DNA of 64,000 nucleotides, from the NCBI GenBank assembly GCA_010093605.1, contig MU004183.1, positions 248,001-312,000 of the forward strand, written 5' to 3'. Shown one piece after another: positions 1-11,750 of this stretch (position 1 is the stretch's first letter; the number at the start of each line of letters is the position of its first letter). The position numbers and the translations under genes are program-made. The notes under the pieces are model-generated. The model worked only from the letters and a program-made list of their open reading frames with translations, ran no database searches and was not told where the DNA came from. Origin of the DNA: Lophium mytilinum (Eukaryota).

Positions 1-3000
1 CTCTCTGATAGGAGCGTAACCTGTCTCTGGATGATATGTGAATTTGAGCGGAAGGGCAATTGGCTTGTGAGAGAAAGTCCTTTCCTCATACATGTTGACC
101 AAGATCTCATTGTTCTGGGTCATGCTGATTTCCACAGTTTTAACATGCTTGCCACCGTGATATGGCTCCTTGATGGTGATGGCAGTTTTATCGGGTTGAT
201 TTGGGTACGCAATTTCAACCATCATGCCAAGGGTTGGCTTGAAAATCCGCTGCATAGGGTTGGTCTGGAATCGCTGCCCTTGAACGAATACGTCGGCGGT
301 GAAGAAGGCGTGTCTCCACGAGTAAATTTTTCCGGCCAGGAGTTGCATCCAAGATTGCACGTCTGGTAGAGTCGCGTTGGGGGCAGATGAAAGACGATAG
401 ATGACCTTGTCATCTAGCTGTGAGACGGTCAGACCCTCAACTTCAATGTCTTCGGTGGCACCAAGCAGCTTGCTGCCGAAGTATTCGATGACGGGGATCT
501 TGGATTCATCTCCACCGTACACATCTTGGATCAAGCTCTTGATGTGGCCTTCGTGAACGCCATCCAAAATGTCCTTGACAGGTTCGTCAACGACCTTGGA
601 GTATCTGACGGACATAGGACCTTGCAAAATACAGGTCCTGCCAACATCTTGATCGACAACTGCTTCAAGGTCCTCGGATTGCCATAGAGAGTCCTTCTTG
701 AAGAAGAATTCAAATGTGTCATCCAATACTGGGACGAATGGTACAGGCTTCTGGCCGCGGCGTTGACAGAGGAGGAGGAAATGCTGAACATCTTGAGCGT
801 TGATGAGCTGGTCTTCCGCCTCTGGGTACTCTTTAAGAACCTTTTCGACAATCGGGAAAGGCGTGTTTAGTTCGTCGTAGCTTTGGATGATTGATTCCCT
901 ATCCACTTTACTGAAACGTTCTTCCACGCGGCGAATGAAGTCCACAGTGAGACGCTTCAAGCTCGGATCAATCCACCTTGATTCATGCTTGACATACATC
1001 AGGTCGACCATTCGTCGGATGACTTCACCATAGGTCATATCTTCCAGATCAACAGATTCGCCAGCCTTGTTGCGACCAAACCAGACCTTTTGAAAGTCGT
1101 CGTTGAGCTTCTTGGTGATGTAATCGCGCTTCTTCTTGAGCACCGGGATGCGCTTGGCCTTGTCGAGAGCGAAGATCTCCTTGTCCATCTCGGACCAGAA
1201 TAAGACACCGCGAGTTGCAAGTTTGTGGATCGGCTCGCCCATCTCAGAGCGGACTGTAATGATTCCACCAGCTGGGCCTTTGTAGGTCTTCTCCCAGTCG
1301 GCATCGTCCACACCTTCGGCATCGACAATGGCTTGCTTGGCGTTCTTGGAAGTATGAGCTTCCTTAGCAGTCATGACACGGCTGCCGAACAAACAACCAT
1401 CGTATGGCATCGGAGGGTATCCAAACTTATTGGACCACGTTCCAGTTAGATATGGATAAGTATCTTCGGCGCCTCCAAAGCCACTGCCGGCGATGAGGAT
1501 AAGGTTATCGCACTTGCGAATTCGGCCGTACATCTGGAGGATGGGCTGGTGGAAATCCTCAAATGAATGATGCCCACCACCACGACCACCAGTCCATTGC
1601 ATCATTACCGGGAATGTTGGGTTCGCCTTCGCGATATTGACGACCGCCTGAATGGCCTCGACTGATCCGGGCTTGAAGGCGATGTGCTTGATACCGAGTG
1701 TCTCGATGTATTCATTGGCAACCTCGATGGATGGCACTCCGGCACCAATGGTGAGACCCTCGATTGGGACACCGTCAGCCCTGAGTTTCCCGATCAAAGG
1801 AATCTGCCAAGCCATGGCACGTGGGTTGACGTAGATCAAGTTGATAGTGATACCACGTCCGGCGGGAATGACCTTTTCGATCTTGGTTATCGCTTCGGTC
1901 ATGGTTTTCTCGTTGTAGTACCCGCCGCCTGCAAGTTCAATTTCGTAGCCAGCGTTCATGGTGGCAGCGACGAAATCCCAGGGGACTGTGCAGGGAGTCA
2001 TACCAGCGACCATGACTGGTGCTAGACCAAGGAGTCTGCTCATCTTGGTATCGACGAACGTCTGGCCAGCAGATGTTTTGACCAATCTAGGGCCAAATTC
2101 TTTGACCCAGTCAACGGCGTACTTGACGGCATGCTCGGCGTCCCGATCAAAGATTTCGGGCTTGTAGCCGACCTCGCTGTTCGTTCCTTCTATAGTACCG
2201 GCAAGAATGACACGAACACCAGTGCCATCCTTATTGCGGTTGGTCAAGACACCAAGGCCCGAGATGCCTCCCGGACCGAAGTCTAGAATGTGGGTGGCGT
2301 CAGGGAATTCCGTAGCTTTCTCCCAGTTTACGGGATCGTGGGTGATCATCCGGATGAGGCTGGGAACGATGTTGTCTAAATCTTCGTCCCGGACATCTTT
2401 ACCAGTGTTGGTGTCGTAGAGGGGAATGCCAAGGCTATCGCCGGTGATAACCACATCTTCTAGGTCTTCGTGCAATTGCTTGGTAGCTTCTGCAAGATAC
2501 GGGCTGTGGAATGGTGCGGTGATCGGAAGAAAGCGATGAACGAAGCGGATCTTGCGATCAGTGAAGGGAATCCGGGTCTGATCAAGACCAGTAGGGGCCT
2601 TGACTTTCCGAAGCCTCAAGTTGAGACCGTAGAGAGAGATAGGGGGACCAGTGACGACGAAATTTCGAGCGCTGTTGACCAGAGAGATACCAATGTGCCT
2701 ATCCTCCGGCAAATGCTGATTTGTGGCATCGATGTGATCCTGCACGGCTTTCCTTGAAAGATCTCGGATGGAAAGCATGGGAGTTGGGACGCCCTCTCCA
2801 TTATCCATAGAATCTTGAAGAATCGCAGGTGCGATAGATGTCCGTGGATAAGCTTGCTGACTACGCGAGCCGATCCAGAAGAGCACGGTCAGGGCCTTCT
2901 TAGCAGCTCCCTCGAAGGTCTCCCAATTCTTTGACTCAGATATGGCAGCCGCAGTCACAATACCCTGTGAGTGGCCAGTCACACCGCTGAGGCGGTCTCT

Positions 3001-3813
3001 GATGTGTCCTGGGTGGCTTCCGAGAACTCTGCAGGTCACAACGTAATGTGCCAATTGAGTCAGACCGATCAGGGGAAAGCTGACTGGAGCAGACACCAAG
3101 TAGTCGACGTCGGGTTGCGAATCTTTGTTGTTTAGCCATCGCATCACATCCAGGCCCTTGGAGTAGAGCTTTTCGGCGCGGGGGTCTCGAGACAACACTT
3201 GCAGGTGGGCTGCAGCTGCTGCAACGAAATCTTCAACAAAGGAGGGGTATGTGGTGTAGATTTCTCGCAGCTCTTCGAAGTATTCTTCAATATTGCCCTG
3301 TCCTCCAAGAACGGCATATACCATGGCATTCTCGTCGGCAGCCTCGCGAAACAAGGCGGATTCGTGGTGCTTGATAGGGCGTTCCACGGCAGCACGAGCT
3401 GCGTAGTATGACCGGATGGTCACCAGCTTCTTCTGCTCAATTCCAGGAAGCGAAGCAGCCAAAGCATGGACTTCATTTCCTCGCAGGAAAGCGCGCTCAA
3501 ATTCGTTGAGCACGAGCTTCAGTACCTCTTCGAAAGATCCTGGGTCGTCGCCTTCCTCAACTTCCTGGGCCATGAAGCCAAGGTATCGGGCGACGAGTTC
3601 TGGCACTGACGAGGGCTCGTCATCCTGGGCAAGCTCGTCTGTGGGTTGCGGGAGGGTAGAGATGAATGTGTCCTTCAATTGCTGGGCATTGAAGTGGAGG
3701 GCGGTGGGGATGAGGAGGGTGTGCTCGAGCGAGCCATAAGATAGAACGAGCGGACGGAGTGAGGCCTGCGAGCGTGGCGTGGAAATGCCCGTCTGCGGTC
3801 CTGATCCGTACAT
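1..3813 (-). CDS. FAS1: Fatty acid synthase beta subunit (5' part; runs off the window edge)
   Basis: The minus-strand frame from ATG 3813 reads MYGSGPQTGISTPRSQASLRPLVLSYGSLEHTLLIPTALHF. It continues through the acetyltransferase GHSQG motif and enoyl-reductase motifs (AGMTPCTV, QWTGGRGGGHHSFEDFHQP). It is missing from the ORF track because no stop lies in the window. Divergent from FAS2. Confidence 0.97.
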   Translation of the reverse strand, partial: MYGSGPQTGISTPRSQASLRPLVLSYGSLEHTLLIPTALHFNAQQLKDTFISTLPQPTDELAQDDEPSSVPELVARYLGFMAQEVEEGDDPGSFEEVLKLVLNEFERAFLRGNEVHALAASLPGIEQKKLVTIRSYYAARAAVERPIKHHESALFREAADENAMVYAVLGGQGNIEEYFEELREIYTTYPSFVEDFVAAAAAHLQVLSRDPRAEKLYSKGLDVMRWLNNKDSQPDVDYLVSAPVSFPLIGLTQLAHYVVTCRVLGSHPGHIRDRLSGVTGHSQGIVTAAAISESKNWETFEGAAKKALTVLFWIGSRSQQAYPRTSIAPAILQDSMDNGEGVPTPMLSIRDLSRKAVQDHIDATNQHLPEDRHIGISLVNSARNFVVTGPPISLYGLNLRLRKVKAPTGLDQTRIPFTDRKIRFVHRFLPITAPFHSPYLAEATKQLHEDLEDVVITGDSLGIPLYDTNTGKDVRDEDLDNIVPSLIRMITHDPVNWEKATEFPDATHILDFGPGGISGLGVLTNRNKDGTGVRVILAGTIEGTNSEVGYKPEIFDRDAEHAVKYAVDWVKEFGPRLVKTSAGQTFVDTKMSRLLGLAPVMVAGMTPCTVPWDFVAATMNAGYEIELAGGGYYNEKTMTEAITKIEKVIPAGRGITINLIYVNPRAMAWQIPLIGKLRADGVPIEGLTIGAGVPSIEVANEYIETLGIKHIAFKPGSVEAIQAVVNIAKANPTFPVMMQWTGGRGGGHHSFEDFHQPILQMYGRIRKCDNLILIAGSGFGGAEDTYPYLTGTWSNKFGYPPMPYDGCLFGSRVMTAKEAHTSKNAKQAIVDAEGVDDADWEKTYKGPAGGIITVRSEMGEPIHKLATRGVLFWSEMDKEIFALDKAKRIPVLKKKRDYITKKLNDDFQKVWFGRNKAGESVDLEDMTYGEVIRRMVDLMYVKHESRWIDPSLKRLTVDFIRRVEERFSKVDRESIIQSYDELNTPFPIVEKVLKEYPEAEDQLINAQDVQHFLLLCQRRGQKPVPFVPVLDDTFEFFFKKDSLWQSEDLEAVVDQDVGRTCILQGPMSVRYSKVVDEPVKDILDGVHEGHIKSLIQDVYGGDESKIPVIEYFGSKLLGATEDIEVEGLTVSQLDDKVIYRLSSAPNATLPDVQSWMQLLAGKIYSWRHAFFTADVFVQGQRFQTNPMQRIFKPTLGMMVEIAYPNQPDKTAITIKEPYHGGKHVKTVEISMTQNNEILVNMYEERTFSHKPIALPLKFTYHPETGYAPIRE

Positions 3814-4926
3814 GATGATGTTGGTGGGGAGAGGGAGTGGGCGGGAGAGCCGGGCGAAGTCTGCGGAGGTCAGAATTTGCTTCTTGAGCTGTGCCAAATA
3901 TCGCCAGAGCTCAATTGAATCAATCGACTATGCTCTATCTAGGAATCTCAAGCGGTCACATACCTCGCTGCCGTCGATACAGTAGAAGCTAATCTGCCGT
4001 GACACGGAGGAATTTCTCGGAGGCGCGCCCTGATGTGCTTTGCTGCGGGCTCGGTGACGAACGCAGACTGACACGGTGGAGTGGGTATATAGACTGGGGC
4101 GAGGAGGGAGATGAAGCACGAGAGGTAGACAGAGAGTGGTCAGGCAATGGGAGAGGGCGGTGGGCAATTAATCGCAGCGGCTTTGGGCAACTTTTCGGCG
4201 GGAAAGCTCCCCAGACAGCCTGCACGGCCCTCACGCTAGGGGTTGAGTCGGGGCAGGGGGACAATTTGGTTGGGGTGGCTGCTCGGGCAACAAGAGAGAT
4301 GTGGCGCGGCTCCGGGTCAGTTTAGGGCTGGCCTTGCGAGCGGAAGCTGTCTTGCGCGCCCGTTCTTGTGCTTCTATACTAATCGACTGCTGCGTTTAGT
4401 GATCGTGTATAGGCAACTTGTCGCTGAAGGTCGCAAAGTATCCCCCTCTCGTCCGAAAAGGCAGTGACATCAGGGCTGCGGTGTTTCGTTGGGTCGCTCT
4501 TGCACAGCAAGCTCCCCCCTGTCGCTGCTAATTTCCTAGCGCGACCCCAGAACTCAACACCCAGAGCTCTTTTTTGTCTGGCCCCAGTCTGCATTTTTGG
4601 GGAGATAAGCGTCAACACTTTTCAGTCCTGCCTGCACCTCCCCTCGTCCGAAATCCTGTCCCATTCTAATCATCATATGGGCGTTGCATGCTGTGGTGTT
4701 GCCTGCTCCCATTCCCAATTCCTTACCTCGCCTTAAGATACCCTTAAACCGCAACTCCTAGTAGCGCGCCGCCCTCCCTCTCCAAACCTCTCTCCCTACG
4801 CTACAGCTTCCCCTCCTTGACGTCAGGAAGCCTCGAGGAAACTCAATCTAATACCATTTTCCTGCTCATATTTGCCAATTGAGCACACTGCAACTTTTTC
4901 TCCCTCTTCCCGCGCAACCCGCCACT
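3814..4926. promoter_or_regulatory. Bidirectional FAS1/FAS2 promoter region
   Basis: 1.1-kb gap between the head-to-head start codons, with pyrimidine-rich tracts upstream of each ATG. This is the usual fasA/fasB arrangement in filamentous ascomycetes. Confidence 0.8.
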
Positions 4927-7900
4927 ATGCGTCCCGAGGTCGAGCAGGAACTGGCTCACACCCTCTTGGTGGAGCTTCTCGCATACCAGTTCGCCTCGCC
5001 CGTGAGGTGGATTGAGACGCAGGATGTCATTCTCGGCGAGAAAAGAACGGAGCGAATCGTCGAAATCGGCCCTGCAGACACCCTCGGGGTAATGGCTAAG
5101 CGGACCCTGGCCTCCAAGTACGAAGCCCACGATGCAGCCCTATCGGTTTCGCGGCAGATTCTGTGCTACAACAAGGACGCCAAAGACATCTACTACGACG
5201 TGGACCCCGTCGAAGACGAGCCCGAGCCAGCGGCTGCAAGCTCTTCATCTCCGGCGGCCTCCTCCGCACCCGCCTCAGCAGCACCAGTTGCTTCGGCGCC
5301 AGCTGCGGCCAGCAGTGGTCCAGCAGCCCAGGTGCCCGATGCTCCGGTGACTGCAACCGACATTCTGCGGACACTGGTGGCTCAAAAGCTGAAGAAGCCA
5401 CTCCTAGACATCCCATTGAGCAAGGCGATCAAGGATTTGGTAGGAGGTGAGAATACAGCAAAATTTCGCCCCCAATTCGATTAGTAGCTAACTTAACTCG
5501 ACAGGCAAATCTACACTACAAAATGAAATTCTGGGAGATTTAGGCAAGGAGTTTGGCTCCACCCCAGAGAAGCCAGAAGATACCCCCTTGGACGAATTGG
5601 GAGCAGCGATGCAGGCTACCTTCAATGGTCAGCTTGGAAAGCAGTCCTCCTCCCTTATAGCCCGCATGGTTTCGTCGAAAATGCCCGGTGGCTTCAACAT
5701 CACAGCGGTGCGGAAACACTTGGAGACGCGGTGGGGACTTGGCCCGGGGCGACAAGACGGAGTTCTACTTCTCGGTCTCACCTCCGAACCAGCCGCTCGT
5801 CTCGGATCTGAGAATGACGGAAAGGCATGGCTCGACGAGACCTCGAACAAATATGCGGCGGCGGCCGGCATCAATCTATCAGCGCCTGTTGCTGGTGGTG
5901 ATGCTGGCGGTGCGGCGGGTGGTATGATGATGGACCCCGCTGCCATCGATGCCCTCACCAAAGACCAACGCGCCCTGTTCAAGCAACAACTCGAGCTTTT
6001 CGCGAGATATCTCAAGATGGATCTGCGGGCCGGCGACAAGGCCTTCTTGGGCTCGCAGAAGGCTGCCTCCGCTCTCCAAGCTCAACTAGATCTATGGACT
6101 GCTGAGCACGGCGACATCTATGCCGCCGGCATTGAGCCATCTTTCACCCCTCTGAAGGCCAGAGTATACGACTCCTCCTGGAACTGGGCCCGCCAGGATG
6201 CTCTCAGCATGTACTACGATATCATCTTCGGTCGCCTCAAGGCTGTCGACCGTGAGATTGTCAGCCGATGCATCAGCATCATGAACCGCTCAAACCCCCT
6301 ACTTCTCGACTTCATGCAATACCACATGGACCATTGCCCGACCGAGCGCGGAGAGACGTACGAGCTTGCGAAGGAGCTCGGCCAGCAACTTATCGAGAAC
6401 TGCAAGGACGTAATGTCGGAAGCGCCAGTTTTCAAGGATGTCGGTGTCCCAACGGCACCCCATCTTGATATCGACAACCGCGGCAATCTGAACTACTCCG
6501 AGGTACCGCGACCCAGCGTTCGGAAGCTTGAACATTACGTGCGCGAGATGGCTGAGGGCGGAAAGCTCTCGGAGTACGGCAACCGAACCAAAGTCCAGAA
6601 TGATCTCCAGCGTATCTACAAGCTCATTCGACAACAACACAAGCTATCGAAGTCCTCTCAACTACAGATCAAGAGCCTGTACAGTGATGTCATCCGCTCT
6701 CTCTCGATGAACGAAGGCCAGATCATGCCCAATGAAAATGGAAAGGGCGTGAACGGCGCTGGCAAAAAGGGCCGGAATGGTCGCCTCAATGGGCCTCTCA
6801 AGAAGGGCAAGGTGGAGACGATCCCCTTCCTTCACCTAAAGAGGAAAGATGAGCATGGCTGGGAGTACAGCAAGAAGTTGACCGGCGTGTATCTCGAGGG
6901 CTTGGAGAACGCAGCCAAGTCGGGTGTCAGCTTCCAGGGCAAGAACGCACTCATGACCGGCGCTGGTGCTGGCTCAATTGGTGCTGAAGTCCTCCAGGGC
7001 TTGATCAGTGGTGGTGCCAAGGTTGTTGTTACGACATCGCGATTCTCTCGGGAGGTCAATGAGTACTACCAATCCATGTACTCCCGCTACGGTGCACGTG
7101 GATCGCAGCTTATCGTGGTTCCTTTCAACCAGGGTAGCAAGCAGGACATCGAGGCTTTAGTCGAGTACATTTACGATCCCAAGAAGGGTCTCGGCTGGGA
7201 TCTGGACTACATCGTTCCCTTTGCTGCCATCCCCGAAAATGGCCGCGAGATCGATGGCCTCGACTCCAAATCTGAGCTGGCTCACAGGATCATGTTAACG
7301 AATCTGCTAAGAATGCTTGGCTGTGTCAAGACTCAAAAGCAAGCCAACGGCTACGAGACCCGACCCGCCCAAGTCATGCTGCCGCTATCGCCAAACCACG
7401 GCACTTTTGGAAACGACGGAATGTACGCGGAATCCAAGATTGCCTTGGAGACTCTCTTCACCAGGTGGCACTCCGAGAGCTGGGGCAGCTACTTGACAAT
7501 TTGTGGAGCTGTCATTGGCTGGACTCGTGGAACTGGTCTCATGTCTGGAAACAACATCGTCGCAGAAGGCATTGAGAAGTATGGCGTGCGAACGTTCTCT
7601 CAGCAAGAGATGGCTTTCAATATTCTCGGTCTCATGGCTCCACCTATCGTCAATCTTTGCCAAGTCGAGCCTGTCTGGGCTGATCTTAACGGAGGCTTCC
7701 AGTATATCCCCAACCTCAAGGATCTCATGCAAGACCTCCGCAAGGAGCACATGGAGACCGCCGACGTTCGGAAGGCTGTCATCAAGGAGAATGCTATTGA
7801 GAACAAGATCGTCAACGGCGAGGAAAGCGAGGCCATGTACAAGAAGGCTACGGTGCAGCCGAGAGCCAACATGAAGTACGACTTCCCCAAGGTTCCGGAT

Positions 7901-10640
7901 TGGGAGACTGAAGTCAAGCCTCTCAACTCCGACCTCAAAGGCATGGTTGACCTGGAGAAGGTTGTCGTTGTCACTGGTTTCGCCGAGGTTGGTCCTTGGG
8001 GTAACTCAAGGACACGTTGGGAGATGGAGGCTTACGGCGAGTTCTCGCTGGAGGGCTGCATCGAAATGGCCTGGATGACGGGTCACATCAAGAATCACAA
8101 CGGCCCGCTCAAAGGGAAGAGCTATTCTGGATGGGTTGATGTGAAGACCAACGAGCCCGTCGACGACAAAGATGTCAAGGCACGATACGAGAAGACCATT
8201 CTCGAACACTCTGGTATCCGCCTTATCGAACCAGAGCTATTCAATGGTTATGACCCGAAAAAGAAGCAACTCATGCAAGAGATCCAAATCGAGGAAGACC
8301 TCGATCCATTTGAGTCTTCGAAGGAGACTGCCGAGGAGTTCAAACGTGAGCATGGCGATAAAGTCGATATTTTCGAGATCCCTGACTCAGGAGAGTACAC
8401 CGTGCGCCTACGGAAGGGTGCTACCCTTCTCATTCCCAAGGCTCTTCGCTTTGACCGTCTCGTCGCCGGCCAGATTCCTACTGGCTGGGATGCGAAGAAG
8501 TACGGCGTGCCGGACGACATCATCTCTCAAGTAGACCCAGTCACTCTCTTCGTTTTGGTCTCTACCGCGGAAGCCTTGCTCTCCTCTGGTATCACCGATC
8601 CTTACGAGTTCTACAAGTATGTGCACATATCCGAAGTGGGTAACTGCATTGGCTCTGGTATTGGTGGCACCACTGCTCTAAGAGGCATGTACAAGGACCG
8701 TTTCTTGGACAAGCCCCTTCAGAAGGATATCCTACAGGAATCTTTCATCAACACGATGAGTGCCTGGGTCAACATGTTGTTGATGTCGTCAACTGGTCCA
8801 ATCAAAACACCGGTCGGAGCCTGCGCTACCGCCGTCGAATCCATCGACATTGGTTACGACACGATCGTTGAGGGCAAGGCTAGAGTCTGTTTTGTCGGTG
8901 GTTTTGATGACTTCCAAGAAGAAGGATCTTACGAGTTCGCCAACATGAAAGCTACAAGCAACGCTGAGGAAGAGTTTGCCCACGGACGTACTCCAGGGGA
9001 GATGTCCCGACCCACAACCACTACCAGGAACGGATTCATGGAATCCCAAGGTTGCGGTTTGCAAGTCATCATGGATGCTAGACTGGCCCTTGACATGGGC
9101 GTGCCAATCTATGGTGTCATCGGTTTCACTGCTACGGCAACTGACAAGATCGGCCGGTCTGTTCCAGCTCCAGGCAAGGGTGTTCTCACCACTGCGCGAG
9201 AGATTGACTCCAAGTTCAAGTCGCCTCTGCTAGATATCAAGTACAGGAAGCGGCAGATGGGCCTACGCCGCAAGCAGATCAGCCAATGGCAGGAATCTGA
9301 AATCCTCTATTTGGAAGAGGAGCTCGCTGCCATGAAGGCTGGTGGAGAGCCCTTCGACGAAGCCGAGTATCTTGCGGAGCGGACTGCTCACATTGACCGC
9401 GAGGCCAAGCGACAGGTCAAGGATGCGCTGAACAGCCTTGGTAACAACTTCTGGAAGTCCGATCCCCGCATCGCTCCTCTACGTGGTGCCCTCGCTACAT
9501 GGGGTCTTACCATTGACGATCTGGATGTTGCCTCCTTCCACGGTACCTCCACCGTCGCCAACGACAAGAACGAATCCGACGTCATCTGCCAGCAAATGCG
9601 TCATCTCGGCCGCAAGAAGGGTAACGCCCTTTTGGGTATCTTCCAGAAGTACCTCACCGGCCATCCCAAGGGTGCTGCCGGCGCCTGGATGTTCAACGGC
9701 TGCCTCCAAGTCCTGAACTCGGGCCTGGTCCCCGGTAACCGCAACGCCGACAACATCGACAAGGTCATGGAGCAATTCGACTACATCGTCTACCCATCCC
9801 GCAGCATCCAAACCGACGGCGTGAAGGCCTTCTCCGTCACCTCGTTCGGTTTCGGCCAGAAGGGCGCTCAGGCTGTCGGCATCCATCCCAAGTACCTCTT
9901 CGCCGCGCTCGAGTACGGCGAATACGCTACCTACAAGCAGAAGGTCGAAGCCCGCCAGAAGAAGGCGTACCGCTACTTCCACGACGGCCTCATCAACAAC
10001 ACCATGTTCCGCGCCAAGGACAAGTCGCCGTACGAAGACGCCCAGATGAACGACGTCTTCCTCAACCCGCAGGCCCGCGTCTCCCTCGACAGCAAGTCCG
10101 CGCAGTACGGCTACTCGACCAAGGGCCTCGCTAAGCAGCCTAAGGACTCGAAGACCGAGGAAACCCGCAAACTGGTCGAGCGCCTCGCGACGGCGACGCA
10201 GTCAGAGAACTCGAAGATCGGCGTCGATGTCGAGAGCGTCAGCGCGATTAATATCGAAAACGACACGTTCGTTGAGCGCAACTTCACCGCCGCCGAGCAG
10301 AAGTACTGCAAGGCGGCGCCGTCGCCGCAGGCTAGCTTCGCAGGACGGTGGTCGGCGAAGGAGGCGGTGTTTAAGTCGCTTGGCGTGAAGTCGTTGGGGG
10401 CGGGGGCGCCGTTGAGGGATATTGAGATTAGCGCGGATGAGACGGGTGCGCCTGTTGTTACGGTAAGTTGTCACACCTCCCCACTCTCGATTAATATGAT
10501 GTAAAGAGTGGTCACTGATATGAAGACAGCTCTCTGGTGAAGCTGAGAAATCCGCTAAGCTTGCGGGTGTTAAGAAGGTTAGCGTTAGTATTAGCCATAG
10601 TGATGAGCAGGCTATCGCGGTTGCGGTGGCGCATTTCTAG
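4927..10640 (+). CDS. FAS2: Fatty acid synthase alpha subunit (ACP-KR-KS-PPT), 3 exons
   Basis: Exons 4927-5446, 5505-10462, 10530-10640. Starts [28 protein letters not shown]. The [15 protein letters not shown] motif is restored by intron 5447-5504. KS motif PVGACATA and PPT motifs GVDVE and [11 protein letters not shown] are present. Confidence 0.98.
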
Positions 10641-11750
10641 AGGTTAGCAAGAGCACTGTAATAGTGGTGAGCATAATCATCAATGTCTTAATGTGTTGCG
10701 TTTCTTGGCGCTGGGGGTGTGTTGAGTTTTTGTTAAGTACCATTAGACGGGGGTGGGGATTGTATATAGTAGGACATTTTAGTTAGACGCGGTTTTTTGT
10801 GCTGCGAATGCATGCGCCTGGCTGTCTGAAGATGGTTGGGTTTTTTGTTATCTGTTTGGCTTGTGTTGTGAATGTGGTGAGGGTGAAGGGTGGTTGGTGT
10901 GAACATTTCGTTGATAATGAATACTTAGGGAACTCGGATAATGCTACACAGACACGATCTTCTTTGTCTGCTATTTTAGAGGTGGAGCAGCTGGGCTAGC
11001 TCTGAGGACCTTCTTTTGAATAAGTAGGTAGGTGAGTGTGTAGGCGATGTGCGTGGGGTGGAAGGGAGGGCTTGTGAGGTAAGGTTTTGATGGTTTGGGC
11101 ATTCTTTTAGGCACTTAGGCACGGCGCGGTAGGTAGCGATATGATAGAGATGAGAGGTTGCATTTGCAGCTGAGGGTATAGCTATAGCCGGTCGTTTGGC
11201 CAGCGGAGGGTTTTTTGTACCGCTATGTGAAGTGGAAACGATGCACAAGCGGAAGCAAATGTGAATCCATGTAAAGGTGACTGTCCAGACGAACATCCAG
11301 TTTTTCGAGGCCATTGGAAGGTGGTGACGGAACCTGGAAGCGGGAGGAAGGGTGTGCCTGAAGATATCAGAGTATGCTGAGACGTATTAAGGGGTATGTG
11401 TATAGTTCCGAAGGGTTTCAGGGGTATGGCATTATCGCTTTCAATACTCAGAACTTAGAACGCCTCACCACCAGCCCTACACATGAAACCTCAATACCCA
11501 TTCATCCAGTCCGACGCTTAGAAGTTTGTCCTTTCCCATCCTTGTCCTTCTCACTTTCCTCTCCCTTCACCTTCCTCTTATCCCTGCGGTCCATCTCCTC
11601 TCCAAGTACGAGATCGTCGAGGTCTTCTCAGGCTTTCTAGGTAAAGCTAAAGGGGTGTACAAGATTGCTTCGGAAACGAGGATTCGTGTGTAGAGTGAAT
11701 GCTTTCGTCTATCCTTGCATCACATGCCACTTCAAAGTACGCCGAAGATA

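Noticed and set aside
1..10640. Secondary-metabolite (aflatoxin-type) FAS cluster
   Set aside because: The sequences look like the primary housekeeping FAS, and no PKS, NRPS or tailoring genes adjoin them in the window.
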